DNA from: Laetmonice hystrix
Taxonomy: Eukaryota
Reading direction: 5' to 3'
DNA: 64,000 nt
Assembly (NCBI GenBank): GCA_965235115.1
Contig: OZ249436.1
Span: 55,368,001-55,432,000, forward strand
Under the pieces are notes generated by a model, which ran no database searches, was not told the origin of the DNA, and worked only from the letters and a program-made list of their open reading frames with translations. Numbering within the stretch: position 1 is the stretch's first letter; the number at the start of each line of letters is the position of its first letter. The translations under genes were made by a program, and so were the position numbers. Shown one piece after another: positions 29,301-42,658 of the stretch.

Positions 29301-32300
29301 CCGCGGCAGACCGGGACCGTATACAGCGGGGTCACCCTGCCGCCTGTACTCTGTCCCATCCAGCGTGTGGCCCCGCCGTCCCTGTACAGCTGTCCTCTCA
29401 TAAACCATCACCTTTTTAACCGGCGATTGATCCTCTGGGATAGCGACCGCACAGAGAGTGGTAATAGTGATTCAGTGATTGGGGAATAAATCCGAGTGAC
29501 TCATACAGGAGGAGTCTGTGCTTGATTCCAATGGTTTTGACTGACTCCAACTGGACTTCAACAGTAACCAGAGAAAGGCAGCAGTCACACAGCCTGGCAG
29601 GTTCTGAAAAACATTGTGAGATAAGGAGACTTTAATTAGCTGACAAGTCTAAGGTGAATCAACAGTTGTAACAATAACTAAAGTGGACACAAATCATGAA
29701 CCTTTGTATACTGTACATGGTATGATCAAACCATGCAAGCTCGCTAATCTCTTCGACTGGCCAGAGTCTGACCCTCAGCCAGTAAGGTGTTATGTAATTG
29801 TAGAACATCTCGGGAACGCTCCATGTGAACATGCGTGCATGGCAGCCAGGACGCACGCCTGCATACTTGTTCAGTCGTCCGTTTCTCCTCCGACTTTTGA
29901 CAGCCAGAAAGGTTTTAAGATGAAGTGCATCACGAGCAGAAGGCTGATTGGAGATCTAGAAGCGCTCTAGACCCTTGAGCTGACTGGACGAGAGGTTGAG
30001 GGTTTTTGATGCCAAGCATATTCTGGCATGCTGAAGGGTTTGGTTGGTTAGGCACTTTCCTGCTTAATGGAACCTGCGTTGAAACCCATCATTCACTCAA
30101 TTTTTGCCCAAGGGTTTGTAATATTGGCTGAGTCCTAAAAATTTCTGGCATCTGGAAGCCTGAATATGATGAAAAGGACTCTTCTCTTGTTAAAATGAGT
30201 TTTTAAATTGATATGGCATCATAATTTTGTATTTAACATATATGTACGGAAAACAGAAATTCATTATATTCATTTCCTTCAAATTCTGCACTTTGAAGCT
30301 CAGCTTAAAACAATTGGAGCCCTAACATGAGCGGAGTGATAAACGTTGCCTCAAATCTTTTAAATGGGAGTTGTAAGTAGCAGCAGAAATAGAGTGAGAC
30401 GGAATAATATAGAAGGGGTTTTGAAACGTTGAGAGCAGAAAAGATTTCTCTATTTTCAAGTAAAAGGTGCCATTAGCACAAGACAAGTATCGACATATCG
30501 CTTTTGGTGTAGATTCTTTCGCCGTCCTTACAAGACCTTTTGACATTTTCACCTTAGTAGGAACAACAAAAGTAGGTTTCTTCCCCCCCCCCCCCCCCCC
30601 CATTGTCTTTTTTTTCTAAATGACTTGGTGGATTGCGTGTAGAAATATAGACTAATGTATAGGGAGTGGTGCGAGTCCTGTGATCGTCTGTATGGTCAGG
30701 ACCTTCAGTGAGTTGATCGCTGGTGTTGGCTAGTCCTCCGCACACATTCACAGACACGCTAACTTTATCAGTGTACTAGAAGCGGACTTTCTCAGCGGGG
30801 TCGGATATTGGCCAGACGACTTGTGATGGAAGGCACCTACCGCTATCGCTCAAACCCTCTCCCTATATCAGCATCCACAACTTGTATCCACCATTACTGT
30901 CCAATTGGAAGATGTACAGGTTTATAGGGTAAAGAACTTTTTTTTTCAAAGCTACCGTATTATTGATAGCATCCCAAGCATAAAGCTCAAAAAAGTGATT
31001 TTAGTGTTGAGGCAGTACCCTTATCTTCCGAGTTCTTTCATTGTTTCGTTATCATTCTAAAAAGGTGTTTGTGTGTACAGTTTGTCTTATCAGTCTTTGA
31101 GTTTTTAAAAAAGTTTGTTTCTGGGGGGCCATGTCTTCTGAAATCCCAAGCCAGTGTGGGTCATTAATCATGGGAGAGAAAGGATTTCAGGTTCTGGCAG
31201 AGATGAATCCATTGAAGTAAGAGCTTTCTGTTATTTTGCTCCATTTCTGGTCAGGAATGTGGTATCTTGATAGAACAAATTGGCAGAATTGAGATACAGT
31301 ACGCCTAAATTTTTTTTAACGCCTGAAATTTAAGGATGCAAACTACAGAAATTGCGCAAGTATAAAGGCTGGCTGGTTGGTTTGATTGATGTGTTTGCTG
31401 GGTGGGATTCATTGGTATACAAGTTCAGTGAGAGAAGAAGCATTGGACCCGATGGAGTGGCCATCACTGATGAATTAATCACTAGGTTCAGACAGAATAA
31501 ACCGATAACACGAGCGATGTTAAGGTAAAACTGACGATGTGGAGGTCGAGGAGGAATGTACACCTTCTCAGTCACAAATAACTTCACGGGATGCATGCTT
31601 ATCAAGGACAGTTGGCGAGCAATTTCAATCTTCAAACATGATGAAGTAAGAAAAGATTAGGAGAAATCGTTGGGATTTTAATTTGTTTTACATCGTGTGG
31701 TAATCGGTGCGTTTGGAGTTCGTTTAGAGATGGAAGAGGCGGGGTCGAGGGAGGTCGTCTAATGTTTGTGTGTGTAACGAATCATCCAGAAACACTGCAA
31801 CATTCCTAGAATCTTATACTGTAAGTTACAACCTTTTAGTAGATTTAAGGCGAAGCAGACTAGACCTGATGGCCCCTGATCGGCCTGTCCACAATTTCTT
31901 AGCCAGTATCAGGTCGTAATTCCTGGAGTCTAGACTTCCTGATACTTGATAGAAACCCTCTGTTTTGATTCTTGCAGGCCCCCCTTCTTTATGTTCTAAT
32001 AGAAGCTCACTGTGTGGTAGAGTAATACAAGGTGGCCCCTAAAGCCTGCGCTATTGTGATTCATAAATTTAAAGATGCCATGTTATGGTTGATAACTGTC
32101 GTTATCTGAACTAGAGTTCATGACCTAAATCTGAGATTAAAAATCGTTACAGTGAATTTGGTATCCATTCTATGTTTAGAATTGAAATCATTGTACAAGT
32201 ATGTAAAGTCGAAAAGTTCTACCTGTAAAAACTGTCGCCAAGTGAAAGCTAAATAGGTGTCACTGCAGGCAGTCTGCATGGTTCATTCACATGTCTACAG

Positions 32301-33138
32301 AGTTGTATGGATGTTGTCTGGTATCAGTGAAGGCAGACACTGCTGAGATAATTGTAGAGCAGTACCGTTAAACTTCTTTCTATTGACCACGAATACGGTA
32401 CACATAGTACCACTACCTACACCACGAGAAAAGTGGCTTGTTTTTTTTTATGTCTATGCGAGGCGCCGTGACTGATGATCTTGGAGAATGACCTACAGCT
32501 AGACCCTCCACAAGGATCGTCCAACGATGACAACATGCAATATTTCAGACTTGAGTGTTGGAGATACCAGAGAGGGTTTATATGTTACAGGTATTAATGA
32601 TGCTTTAGTTGAACTTCTTGTCGCCCCCAGTGACTGATGTATGGTGAATTGGATGTCAGGACATTGGTGTGACACTTCTATCCGTCATTAAATCAGCTTT
32701 TGAGATAAACCCACCGTTTCTATGCTCTGGCACGCAAGAAATGGCCAGGTTGTGCACAACCTTCGGGTGGTCTGCCAGAACTGATAAATTATTTGTAGGA
32801 ATATAAGGTATATAAACTGTACTCGAATAAAATAACGACCGTTACTCAAATGCCAACTCGCTAATTTCTTTAAGGATGAAAAATAAAATACGGCACGACT
32901 TATTGTTTTGTAGAATATAAAACCTGGAATAAATGTCCACCCTCTTAGTGCCATACTTTTCAGCAATAGATCAACTACGTAGATATATGGGAGTAGTAAG
33001 ACATTTAATGATTTTTTTTCTAAACCAGGGATGGGACACCGTTTCCGAGTCATTTTGTTTCCAAATTATGTTAGAATGGTCTTTGGCTAGCAGGTGGTCT
33101 GGCTGAGCCAAAATCTCAGATGATGCATGGCAGTGGGT

Positions 33139-33720
33139 CCCTGACAGCGACCGTCACTGGTGCCATGGCTGAGACCCTGCTGATGTCAGCTGAAGCCACT
33201 GCCGGTGGCAGCAGGCCACCACGTCCCCTGACAGCGACCGTCACTGGTGCCATGGCTGAGACCCTGCTGATGTCAGCTGAAGCCACTGCCGGTGGCAGCA
33301 GGCCACCACGTCCCCTGACAGCGACCGTCACTGGTGCCATGGCTGAGACCCTGCTGCTGTCTGCTGAAGCCACTGCCGGCGGTACCACGTCCCCTGACAG
33401 AGACCGTCACTGGTGCCATGGCTGAGACCCTGCTGCTGTCAGCTGAAGCCACTGCCGGCGGTACCACGTCCCCTGACAGAGACCGTCACTGGTGCCATGG
33501 CTGAGACCCTGCTGCTGTCTGCTGAAGCCACTGCCGGCGGTACCACGTCCCCTGACAGCGACCGTCACTGGTGCCATGGCTGAGACCCTGCTGCTGTCAG
33601 CTGAAGTCACTGCCGGCAGCAGTAGGCCACCACATCCCCTGACGTCACTGGTGCCATGGCAAAGACCCTGGTGCTGTCCGGGGAAGTCACGTGTGCCATG
33701 GCTGAGACCCTCCTGCTGTC
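33139..33720. repeat. Minisatellite, 87/79-bp units
   Basis: CTGAC anchors at 33141, 33228, 33315, 33394, 33473, 33552 and 33639 give periods 87,87,79,79,79,87. Confidence 0.92.
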
Positions 33721-33744
33721 AGTGGGAGTCATCCTTCTGTGGTG

Positions 33745-34553
33745 GGACCCTGCTGCAGACAGTGGAAGTCACTGGTGTTACGGCTGAGACTGTGCTGCAG
33801 ACAGTGAAAGTCACTGGTGTGACGGCTGAGACCCTGCTGCAGTCAGTGGAAGTCACTGGTGTTACGGCTGAGACCCTGCTGCAGTCGGTGGAAGTCACTG
33901 GCGTTACGGCTGAGACCCTGCTGCAGTCGGTGGAAGTCACTGGTGTTACGGCTGAGACCGTGCTGTAGTCAGTGGAAGTCACTGGTGTGACGGCTGAGAC
34001 TGTGCTGTAGTTGGTGGAAGTCACTGGTGTGACGGCTGAGACTGTGCTGCAGTCGGTGGAAGTCACTGGTGTTACGGCTGAGACCGTGCTGTAGTTGGTG
34101 GAAGTCACTGGTGTTACGGCTGAGACCGTGCTGTAGTCGGTGGAAGTCACTGGTGTTACGGCTGAGACTGTGCTGTAGTCGGTGGAAGTCACTGGTGTGA
34201 CGGCTGAGACTGTGCTGTAGTCGGTGGAAGTCACTGGTGTTACGGCTGAGACCGTGCTGTAGTTGGTGGAAGTCACTGGTGTTACGGCTGAGACCGTGCT
34301 GTAGTCGGTGGAAGTCACTGGTGTTACGGCTGAGACCATGCTGCAGTCAGTGGAAGTCACTGGTGTTACGACTGAGACCCTGCTGCAGTCAGTGGAAGTC
34401 ACTGGTGTTACGGCTGAGACCGTGCTGTAGTTGGTGGAAGTCAGTGGTGTTACGGCTGAGACCGTGCTGCAGTTGGTGGAAGTCACTGGTGTTACGGCTG
34501 AGACTGTGCTGTAGTCGGAGGAAGTCACTGGTGTTACGGCTGAGACCGTGCTG
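33745..34553. repeat. Minisatellite, ~19 copies of a 42-bp unit
   Basis: Unit GTGGAAGTCACTGGTGTTACGGCTGAGACCGTGCTGTAGTCG; GAAGTC anchors from 33765 to 34521 span 18 x 42 bp. Confidence 0.95.
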
Positions 34554-37421
34554 GGTCATTCCGTGTCAAATCACCCAAAAAAGACATTTTAAACCCGACC
34601 CTCTCAGATGTAAACTTGGTATACTTGTTGATTGGGATCCCACAACACCAATCTAAATGGTGTTCAGGTGAGATGGTGATTCCTAGCATCAGGAATCAGT
34701 CATTCAGGTTTACTTCAGTAGCTAGTCAGACGTTAATGGCAGACAAGGCGGTGGAAGTCACTGGCGCTACCCTGCTCGCATTGAGCGATTTAAAAGCCAA
34801 CAAAAACATGTTGCAGATTGATGGGAAAGGATTGTTGACAAGTGACATAATGAAGAAAATGTGTTGTTTACATTAAATTTGTCCTTACGGTTCAAGGGGG
34901 TTAAGGGCGAAAAAGTAATAGCGGGCGGAGCTTTGAATGGCTCTGTTTCCTGCAGAAGGGTGGGTATGATGGTATTAGCTGATTAAAAATATAATAATGT
35001 ACCTACCAGACACAGTATTTCAACTGCGGCGTCTGTCTGCGACGTATAATGTTATCTGTTTCCACATGTCCTACAGACCATATTACATCGACAATGATAC
35101 CCGACACAATATTGAAGTCTTGACTTAAAGGTAGTATATTATCTTCATATTTATGCTCACTTACTCACCACTGACGTAATTGATGGCACTGAATGTTTTT
35201 CATATTGATTCTGGTAACACATCCTACGAGTAGACAGCGGTGGAAAAATAACAAAAACTGGCTGGAGTGCACGTCAAGACGATGAATGCCGCCATTTGCA
35301 ATCGTTTGAATGGTGTGGTGTTGTAGTGTAGAGCATACCTTTGGTAACAGTCCGCAATGAATGTAGTTCCAGAATTCGTGAAAAAAATATCCGTGATTTT
35401 CCCGAGATTTGATAATACTGACAATATTATTATTAGAAGTCTGTTTTCACTAGTACAAATAGAACATCTGTATTGCGAATACTGACAGAAGTGCTTCTAA
35501 TCTGCAAAGACAATAATTTGCATAGGGATAGGAAAAACAACTTCCAGGGTCTCGGAAGCCAAGTAGGTCATTTTCAGTGACTGAAATAAGATATGGCGAC
35601 TTTTAGAATATATTTTACATAACACCCGCCAAGTCCACATAGAAAGGTAGGGGAGCTGGAGATCATATCGGAGTACCAGAGTGCAGACATATTTTCGTGA
35701 AACGTCACATATGACTTGAAATTCGTGCGATACTATCTTTAAACAAAGCATTGTTACTTTCCAATTAAGTTCGGGCTTGTCGTTCCGGGTGTTTGGAATT
35801 CTAAGGCCATATATTTCTGTGCTCACGTCGTTCTTTCTATACCCCATCAGATAAGGCAGTTCTTCCAACTGTCTCAGTGAGACAGCTGTTTGATAGCAAC
35901 TCGGGCGGGAACAGGAAAAGATGGCCTTTCTGATATTTTGTTGTTTCTGAAGAAACCGGGCTTATCTGTGGGCTTGCATTATCTGGTGGATGGAAGTCAT
36001 GTTTAAATGCAGTTTTTGAAGACGTCAGTGTAAGATACTGACTTTGTTGCCATAAGTGGATGTAATCAAGTTAAGATCAGAGGAGTCTGGGTGCAACGCG
36101 ACAGTGAGGATGTAAAACGAGACTTTAAATTATTCATTAACGATGTGTGATTTTCCCTTTGGGTAAGCACGGTGTCTTCTATAGATAACCGTTACACCGA
36201 ATTTCCCGTTCTTTCATGGTTATACCGTGACTAGGAATTGTAGTGTGGAAAAGTTGAGAAATGATGTTTGTGTGACCTTGCTTAATGGCAAATCATGGCC
36301 AAGTGATGAAACCGCGCCATAGAGAGTCGTGTTGTGCCGATTGGGCTGGAGGCAGGCGGAAGTAGACTGATAAAAAGAGAGATTTGTTTTATGTTTCCGT
36401 CTTATTTCACTAATAGTAATTTCACGTTTGAGTTGGCGGTGTATGACGTTAGGCACGTTTGCTCCTGTGCAACCTGTCACCTAAAGACAAGAGCCCTGTA
36501 TTTCGAAACTTAGAGTAACTTAGTGTAAAGCTTCTGATTGGCTGATCGGCTGAGACCATTTTCAGCCCAGGAGCTACAACACGTACCAGATCAAGACCCG
36601 ACCAGAATCGAACAGGACCGGGGAGGGAGTCAGATTTTCCTGGAGTAACGATACTAGGATATAAATATACGATTTTGGAACGTGTAAGCCATCTCTCCCA
36701 AGGCTGGTCGTAATCACCCTCATACTGTAACAGATAACACAGTCTATTCCAAAGTTCGAGCCAGAATCCTGGTAAATTCACAGCACATGCTGTGGGAAGG
36801 TCTAAAGTAAGTGTTTTAAACCACATCTCAATGCTAAAAAATAGCGGTTTAGCGTGGCCGATGAAAATGCACGATTTGAGAGCATTCAAAGAAATCCATT
36901 GGGAGTTACATGTGGTGAGTGGAGTGTGGAGAGGGGCTGAGGGCCTGATGAAGGCCACATGGTCCTCTGTAAATGTTTGTTAATGTACTCGGTGCTGCTG
37001 GTACTGACCGTTTTAACGGCCAGCGGCAGACCACGCCTGGTTTCTTCATTGTCCCACGCGTACGCTGCTAACGGTGTGAAACCCATTCCAGCAGGTGCCA
37101 TTGTCTATGGCAGTTTAAATGGAATATCAGCTGCCCATCCGGGGATTCGATGCATGGAAACGTTGAAGATTACTGTGTAGCTTTAGAAACATGAAATAAT
37201 GCTGAACAATGAACATGTTGATACCAGCAACTCTCACTCTTGGGAGGAGAGGGAGGTAGTGGGAGTAGTCAACCATGTACGTGTCATGTCAACGTCCATG
37301 CGCTCAGATCTGAATGTCAAGATCTCTGCTACCTCTAAACCATACTCCCATTCCCCAGACCCCCCCCCCCCCCCAAAAAAAAAAAGAGAGAACTTTCCCC
37401 TAACCCTTACACTGCCTCTGA

Positions 37422-37684
37422 CCCTGAACCTCCACTCTCAAGGTCGTGGGGTTGATGATACCATGGGGCACAACCTAAGAATCAGTGTATCAGGGTTAAC
37501 AGTGTATCAGGGTTAGCCCTGAACCTCCACTCTCAAGGTCGTGGGATTGATGATACCATGGGGCACAACCTAAGGATCAGTGTATCAGGGTTAACAGTGT
37601 ATCAGGGTTAACCCTGAACCTCCACTCTCAAGGTCGTGGGGTTGATGATACCATGGGGCACAACCTAAGGATCAGTGTATCAGT
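37422..37684. repeat. Tandem repeat, ~2.8 copies of 95 bp
   Basis: CCCTGAACCTCCACTCTCAAGG starts at 37422, 37517 and 37612. Confidence 0.92.
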
Positions 37685-39690
37685 TGTAGTACAAACGCTG
37701 CATCAAGCCTGCCGGAGATAAAGCCCATTGGAAACCTCTCGGCCTGGAGCGAAGCCAGGTTTTAGTCTCCTTCCGTTTCCGATGCAGGACATCCAGCTGG
37801 CGGTTTCGATTTGTAGCCAGGTTATATCTGTCGGCTCGGTGTTCACCTATTTTGCTATTGATCTGATAATCATTAGGTTATTTAGCAAGCGAAGTCAGAG
37901 ATAAGACGTCGTTTTGAGGACATTACCTTGGGAAACATGCCCCCTTTTTTAGATTGCAGTTCAAAGGTTCCTTTACCGGAGCAGTGCAAGTATGAAAGAG
38001 CTGAGTTAAAATGGTTGTCGTTAGTAACCAGATCGGCGTCAGGAACGGTCATAGCATCTCTACGTACAACCCGCAGGGGGAACATTGACGTTTTATCTTG
38101 TGAGAACATTGCCACATCGGGTCATTAAAGCAATCAACTGTCTGGGTTTTTAGTTAGGGTAAGTTATACCTGCTTTCCTATAGCTAATAAAACGTATGGT
38201 GTAATGTCAAGATGTTATCGAACCATTCGTAGCGTGCGTGTTAGACAGTGTTATACGGGTGCCAGGAGATATTACATGGTTACGGTGAGGTGGTGGAGGA
38301 GTGGGATGAGGAGGTGGGGGGTTCATGTTCCTTCCCCCGAGGGCTTGTCCAGATGAAGTTGGTAGTGGCTTACAACTGCCTGTCTGGGAACCAGCTATGT
38401 GATACATGCTTCCTGCTATGTTGAGCCAGGCGTGACCATATAACGGAGCCTTTTCAACTAAACTTCCACCCAACCACTACCACCACTTACAACTTGTATT
38501 AGATCGTTCTTTGATGCCGTTTGACGTTATCTCGTTGTCATGGTGTAGAGCTCACACCAGATGATGTGGCGGTCTTGCAGGCGGACAGATTGTTCGGTAA
38601 GGGAGACTACAGGTGGGTATAGGTATGTAGGCAGGTTGTGTTCAGTGAGGGGTATGCCTTTGACAGTTCAAGTGACGCCCAGACGTAACCAGTGATGAAC
38701 ACCTATAACTACCCCGGAGATAACAACTTCCATGCCTGAAATTAAAATCTGTATGGAGCCAAGCCTTTTACCCTTTCTCAAACAGCCGTAGACTTAAAAT
38801 GAGAGATACGTTGTAAGTGCCCCCACTTCAGCTGCACCTTGAGAATAGAGTTTATAAACGATTTACTAAACTTGCCCACCTCCCCCGCCACCCTACACCG
38901 TTTATACATGTATATTGTGGCGAACGAGTATTCAAACGTAGGGGGTGGGGGCTTTCGGAAATTTTGATTTATAGGACGGTGCGAGGTGTCACTAACTTGT
39001 GAATTGTTAGACGCGGGTGGCATGTTGTGGTCGCCTGTTTAACATGCTGTTAACAATAGGAGGATAGTGCTGACAAGTGCTCACACTACAGTAACGGACT
39101 GTAGCTTTAACTAATTCTTTGTAGGTGGACTTGAAAAAACTGACATGTTGATGACAGCCGCAAGGCATTCACAAGTTACTGAGGGAATGGGGCTGAATGT
39201 TGGATTGGAGAATATGCAGGTAGGCATGGAGGGTGATTAAAACTAAAAAACTTAGGGGGATCAACTTTCTCCGGCAGACTGAGCGTGTTATCTCGATACG
39301 CTCATCTTCCAGACTATCTCGTTGGATTATTTTTTTAAAAGGATTTTAAAATGGAATTCTTTGCAAACGGAAGATTATAAAACACCTTCTTTTCCTTCTT
39401 GACGCATCTTTACTTCGACTGTTGTTTTTTTTTCTCTCGAAAATTCGAAAAAAGGAAGAAGAATAGATTATAAGTTGATGACTGACCAACCTCCAGTACA
39501 GTGTCGGGGTTAGGCAGAAGTATCGCCCTACGGGAGATTTCAGCACGACCAGATAATCCGTGAAACACCTCCCAAAAAAGTGTATAAAAAAATAAGTTGG
39601 GAGGAAGAGCGTTTACACGTGTTGCCACCGACTTGAGTGCTATTGCCAGGCAAAAAAAAAGCCACCTCATGTCAACACGTTTCACATATA

Positions 39691-39770
39691 CCACGAGTGG
39701 GAGTTTACTGTAAGAGAAAGACAGTACTCGGACCACGAGTGGGAGTTTACTGTAAGAGAAAGACAGTACT
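39691..39770. repeat. Tandem duplication, 42-bp period, 2 copies
   Basis: CCACGAGTGGGAGTTTACTGTAAGAGAAAGACAGTACT at 39691 and 39733. Confidence 0.9.
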
Positions 39771-40907
39771 TGGTATCACCGAGAGGTTATACTGATATGT
39801 GGCCCGGCGCCTTTCAATTAAATCTACAGTCGGGTTGGATCAAACGCCAGATCAAAATGCAAAGATTGGTGTTATTTGAGAGATTCTTTTTGTGAGAGTC
39901 GACGGATTATGTTAATCCCCAGCGTTCCCCTACAATATTCACGGATAACGTCGAACATACCCATATGAGCCACCACCTGCATCTGTCAAATATTTTGTTA
40001 CCCTTGTCCCGTTTGTATGCATGTATATTTCATCGATGGGATCTTATAATAATTTTTTCTTTCATGAATATATTTTATTTCTAGTTGCACTTTATTCATG
40101 AACTACAAAGATCTAAGAACATGGAATTGACTGCATTCTTGACGGTGCAAAGACCTTGTACGCTCCGGGTGTGGTTAGCCAACAGCCAGGTGTGAATACG
40201 TTGACGTTTGCTAACTATGAACGGCTTGCATGCCCTTCTGTAAAACTCGAAACTACGAAAGGCAGCAAGTAAGAATCAACTTGACGTAGACGGTAAAATA
40301 TACAATAAACTATACACATTCAATGTAGATCAAACAAAGTACAATGTACACACATATTCTGTGATGGAGTATATCGCTACCTGAATACGGAGATACTGGC
40401 AGAATGTATGGCCTTAAAGTGATTTTGATTTTCTGACTCAAATTTCACGCATTGGAAAGAAAAGAAATAGAATTAGCCTGCGGCAGTTGAATTCTAAACT
40501 GAACTGTTAACGATCTATCTGTGATCTTGTGCAGGATTTATAGATTGAATTACAACCGTGTATAATTACCTAAATCTAATGACAGTAGCTTTGGGACGCC
40601 TACACATGGCAGAAATTCAGTTTTTATTCGTGTTCAGTTTTTTTAATGATTTATATAATTTTGAAGAATAAATAAGACGTCCACGTGTCAAAGAAAGAAT
40701 CTGTGTCTGTTGAGAGAATGTGCCGCTGTCCATCTCAGCAATGGGGGCGTTCTTGATTAATTAACCAGCGTTCTGCTACAGTAGCTATGGTATACCGGGG
40801 TTCCTAGCCTGGATACTATGGAGCGACTATGATACACGCGCGCGGTACAGGGTCCAAGAAAGTGTGACGGCCACGGCTCGGTCGTTCAAAACTTAACTTC
40901 GTGATTG

Positions 40908-41088
40908 CAGGGTTTCCTGCATGCCCTTTTTCTTGGGGGGGGGGAGACCCCCCCCCCATTATTCAGCTACTCCCCCCCCCAAAAAAAAAAAAAATTCCAG
41001 CATTACTCTCCCCCCCCCCCCAAACTCGCAGCATTCCCCCCCCCCCCCCCCCCCAAAAAAAAAAGTCGAAAATCTCCAGGAAAGCCTG
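40908..41088. mobile_element. 181-bp hAT-like MITE with 5-bp TSD
   Basis: TIR CAGGGTTTCCTG / CAGGAAAGCCTG (1 mismatch); TSD GATTG on both sides; internal poly-C/poly-A runs. Confidence 0.75.
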
Positions 41089-41108
41089 GATTGGCTGGTC
41101 TGCTTGTC

Positions 41109-41159
41109 TTGAGCAGACCAGCTGGTCTGAGCAGACCAGCTGGTCTGAGCAGACCAGCT
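41109..41159. repeat. 18-bp tandem repeat, ~2.8 copies
   Basis: (GAGCAGACCAGCTGGTCT)n. Confidence 0.85.
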
Positions 41160-42658
41160 AGAGTTTCAGCAAGAACTCAAGTTTGGAAAAACCAGGCCCC
41201 GGATTGTTACACACACACCTACGCACACACTTTCGAATAGATGCGAAGCAAGTGGCGGAATAGATAATGAGTTATTTATAAATAGTGGAAATGTTGTGTG
41301 TCAGAAACCTTATCAAATAACAGTTTGCCGGGGTTTTTTTAATTATGTTTTCTTTAAACCTTTCAAACCAAGTGCCCGGTGCTATTCATCTAACGCTATA
41401 GGACATGACGTGTGTGTCTAAACAGACAATCGACATGACATATTACTTATATACAATACACCCGACACAGCCCTGACATAGTTTTATATAGGCCCTATGT
41501 CAGTCAGTATACCTTGTAAATTACAAGCTTTATGGATGGAGCATTTTATCAACAGTTTTTTTAAAGGTTAAAAGATTAAATTATAGACTACTTGCATATT
41601 TTATAAAACAGTTCCAGTTGCACTGATTGTACAGTAATATTCACACGTAAGCATTCACCTACCTAGAACGTCTTTTTAAAGATCGTCATGGGGAACAGTA
41701 GCAGAGTCAGTCAGTATATGTATATAATATACCAGCAGATAAATGTACGGTATAATAGCATGGCTGGTACAATTCCCTTACTTTAATTTATGAACATGTG
41801 TATTTTATCATATTATAATCTAGTGAAACCATACTGGAACATGCTACCCGTAGTGAATAGCAGTTTTAAAACCAAGAGCAGATCGTGATCTAGTAAATAA
41901 TACTGAACGTAACTCTGCATGCGTTCAACCTCTTGAACACCTCTCAAACCGCATGGGTTCATACTATGTCGTACCTGCAAGCTTTAAACTTGAATAGCCA
42001 TTCAAAAAACCGGTTACCCCCTAAAATAATTCAAATTTTATAACACCACTGATAATACTGAAAGAAATTGTACAACAGTTATTCAGCGAAGCCTAGCGAT
42101 GTACCCAATAATGTCCTGTTAATTGGTTGTTAATTGGGTAGAATATCACCAGGGAGTTGAACACTCACTGCCGGCATCCTTGAACACTGATTGAACATCT
42201 CCTGCTTGCTGGCTGTAGGATCCCTGGCGGACCTCCACTATTGACAAGTGAAAACTGCCAGTTGTATTTCCCCAGTAATATTCATCTGTCTAGTAGATGG
42301 AGACAAACTACGGGCCAGTGCCAGCGCAGGCGGAGACGGCTGTTCCAGTGGGAATCACAGAAGTGAACGGGCAATATTCCAACGTGACACCAACACCTTC
42401 AAGTCTCTCACAATCTAGAGCTGAATTTGCCTGAAAGAAGCCACAAGGAACGCCCTATTAGGCCGCCATGGTTTCCACCAACCATAAGTATTTTTTCGGC
42501 GGCTGGGCAATCCGACGGACATTTCTTGAGAACCGATTAGTGAGACCGAGGGAAGACGCGGGTCACAGCGTGCGGCTACCCTGTTATAGCATCACTGGAA
42601 GTCCCTTTAACTTGTGGGCACGGATAACCTTGACTCGTCCTTGGGGCTCATGTGCCCC

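Noticed and set aside
28856..29419. Long GQGRA/PCPAL repeat ORFs
   Set aside because: Artefact of the stop-free (GGGCA)n microsatellite.
33116..33720. 29-aa repeat ORFs (ATVTGAMAETLL...)
   Set aside because: 79-bp units break the frame; a non-coding minisatellite is the simpler reading.
33139..34553. CRISPR-like appearance of regular repeats
   Set aside because: Head-to-tail units with no unique spacers, no cas genes, eukaryotic context.
37095..37180. CAG|GTGCCATT (GAIVYG...) as the next YTHDC2 exon; similar site near 30466
   Set aside because: No FLPG motif and both run into stops.
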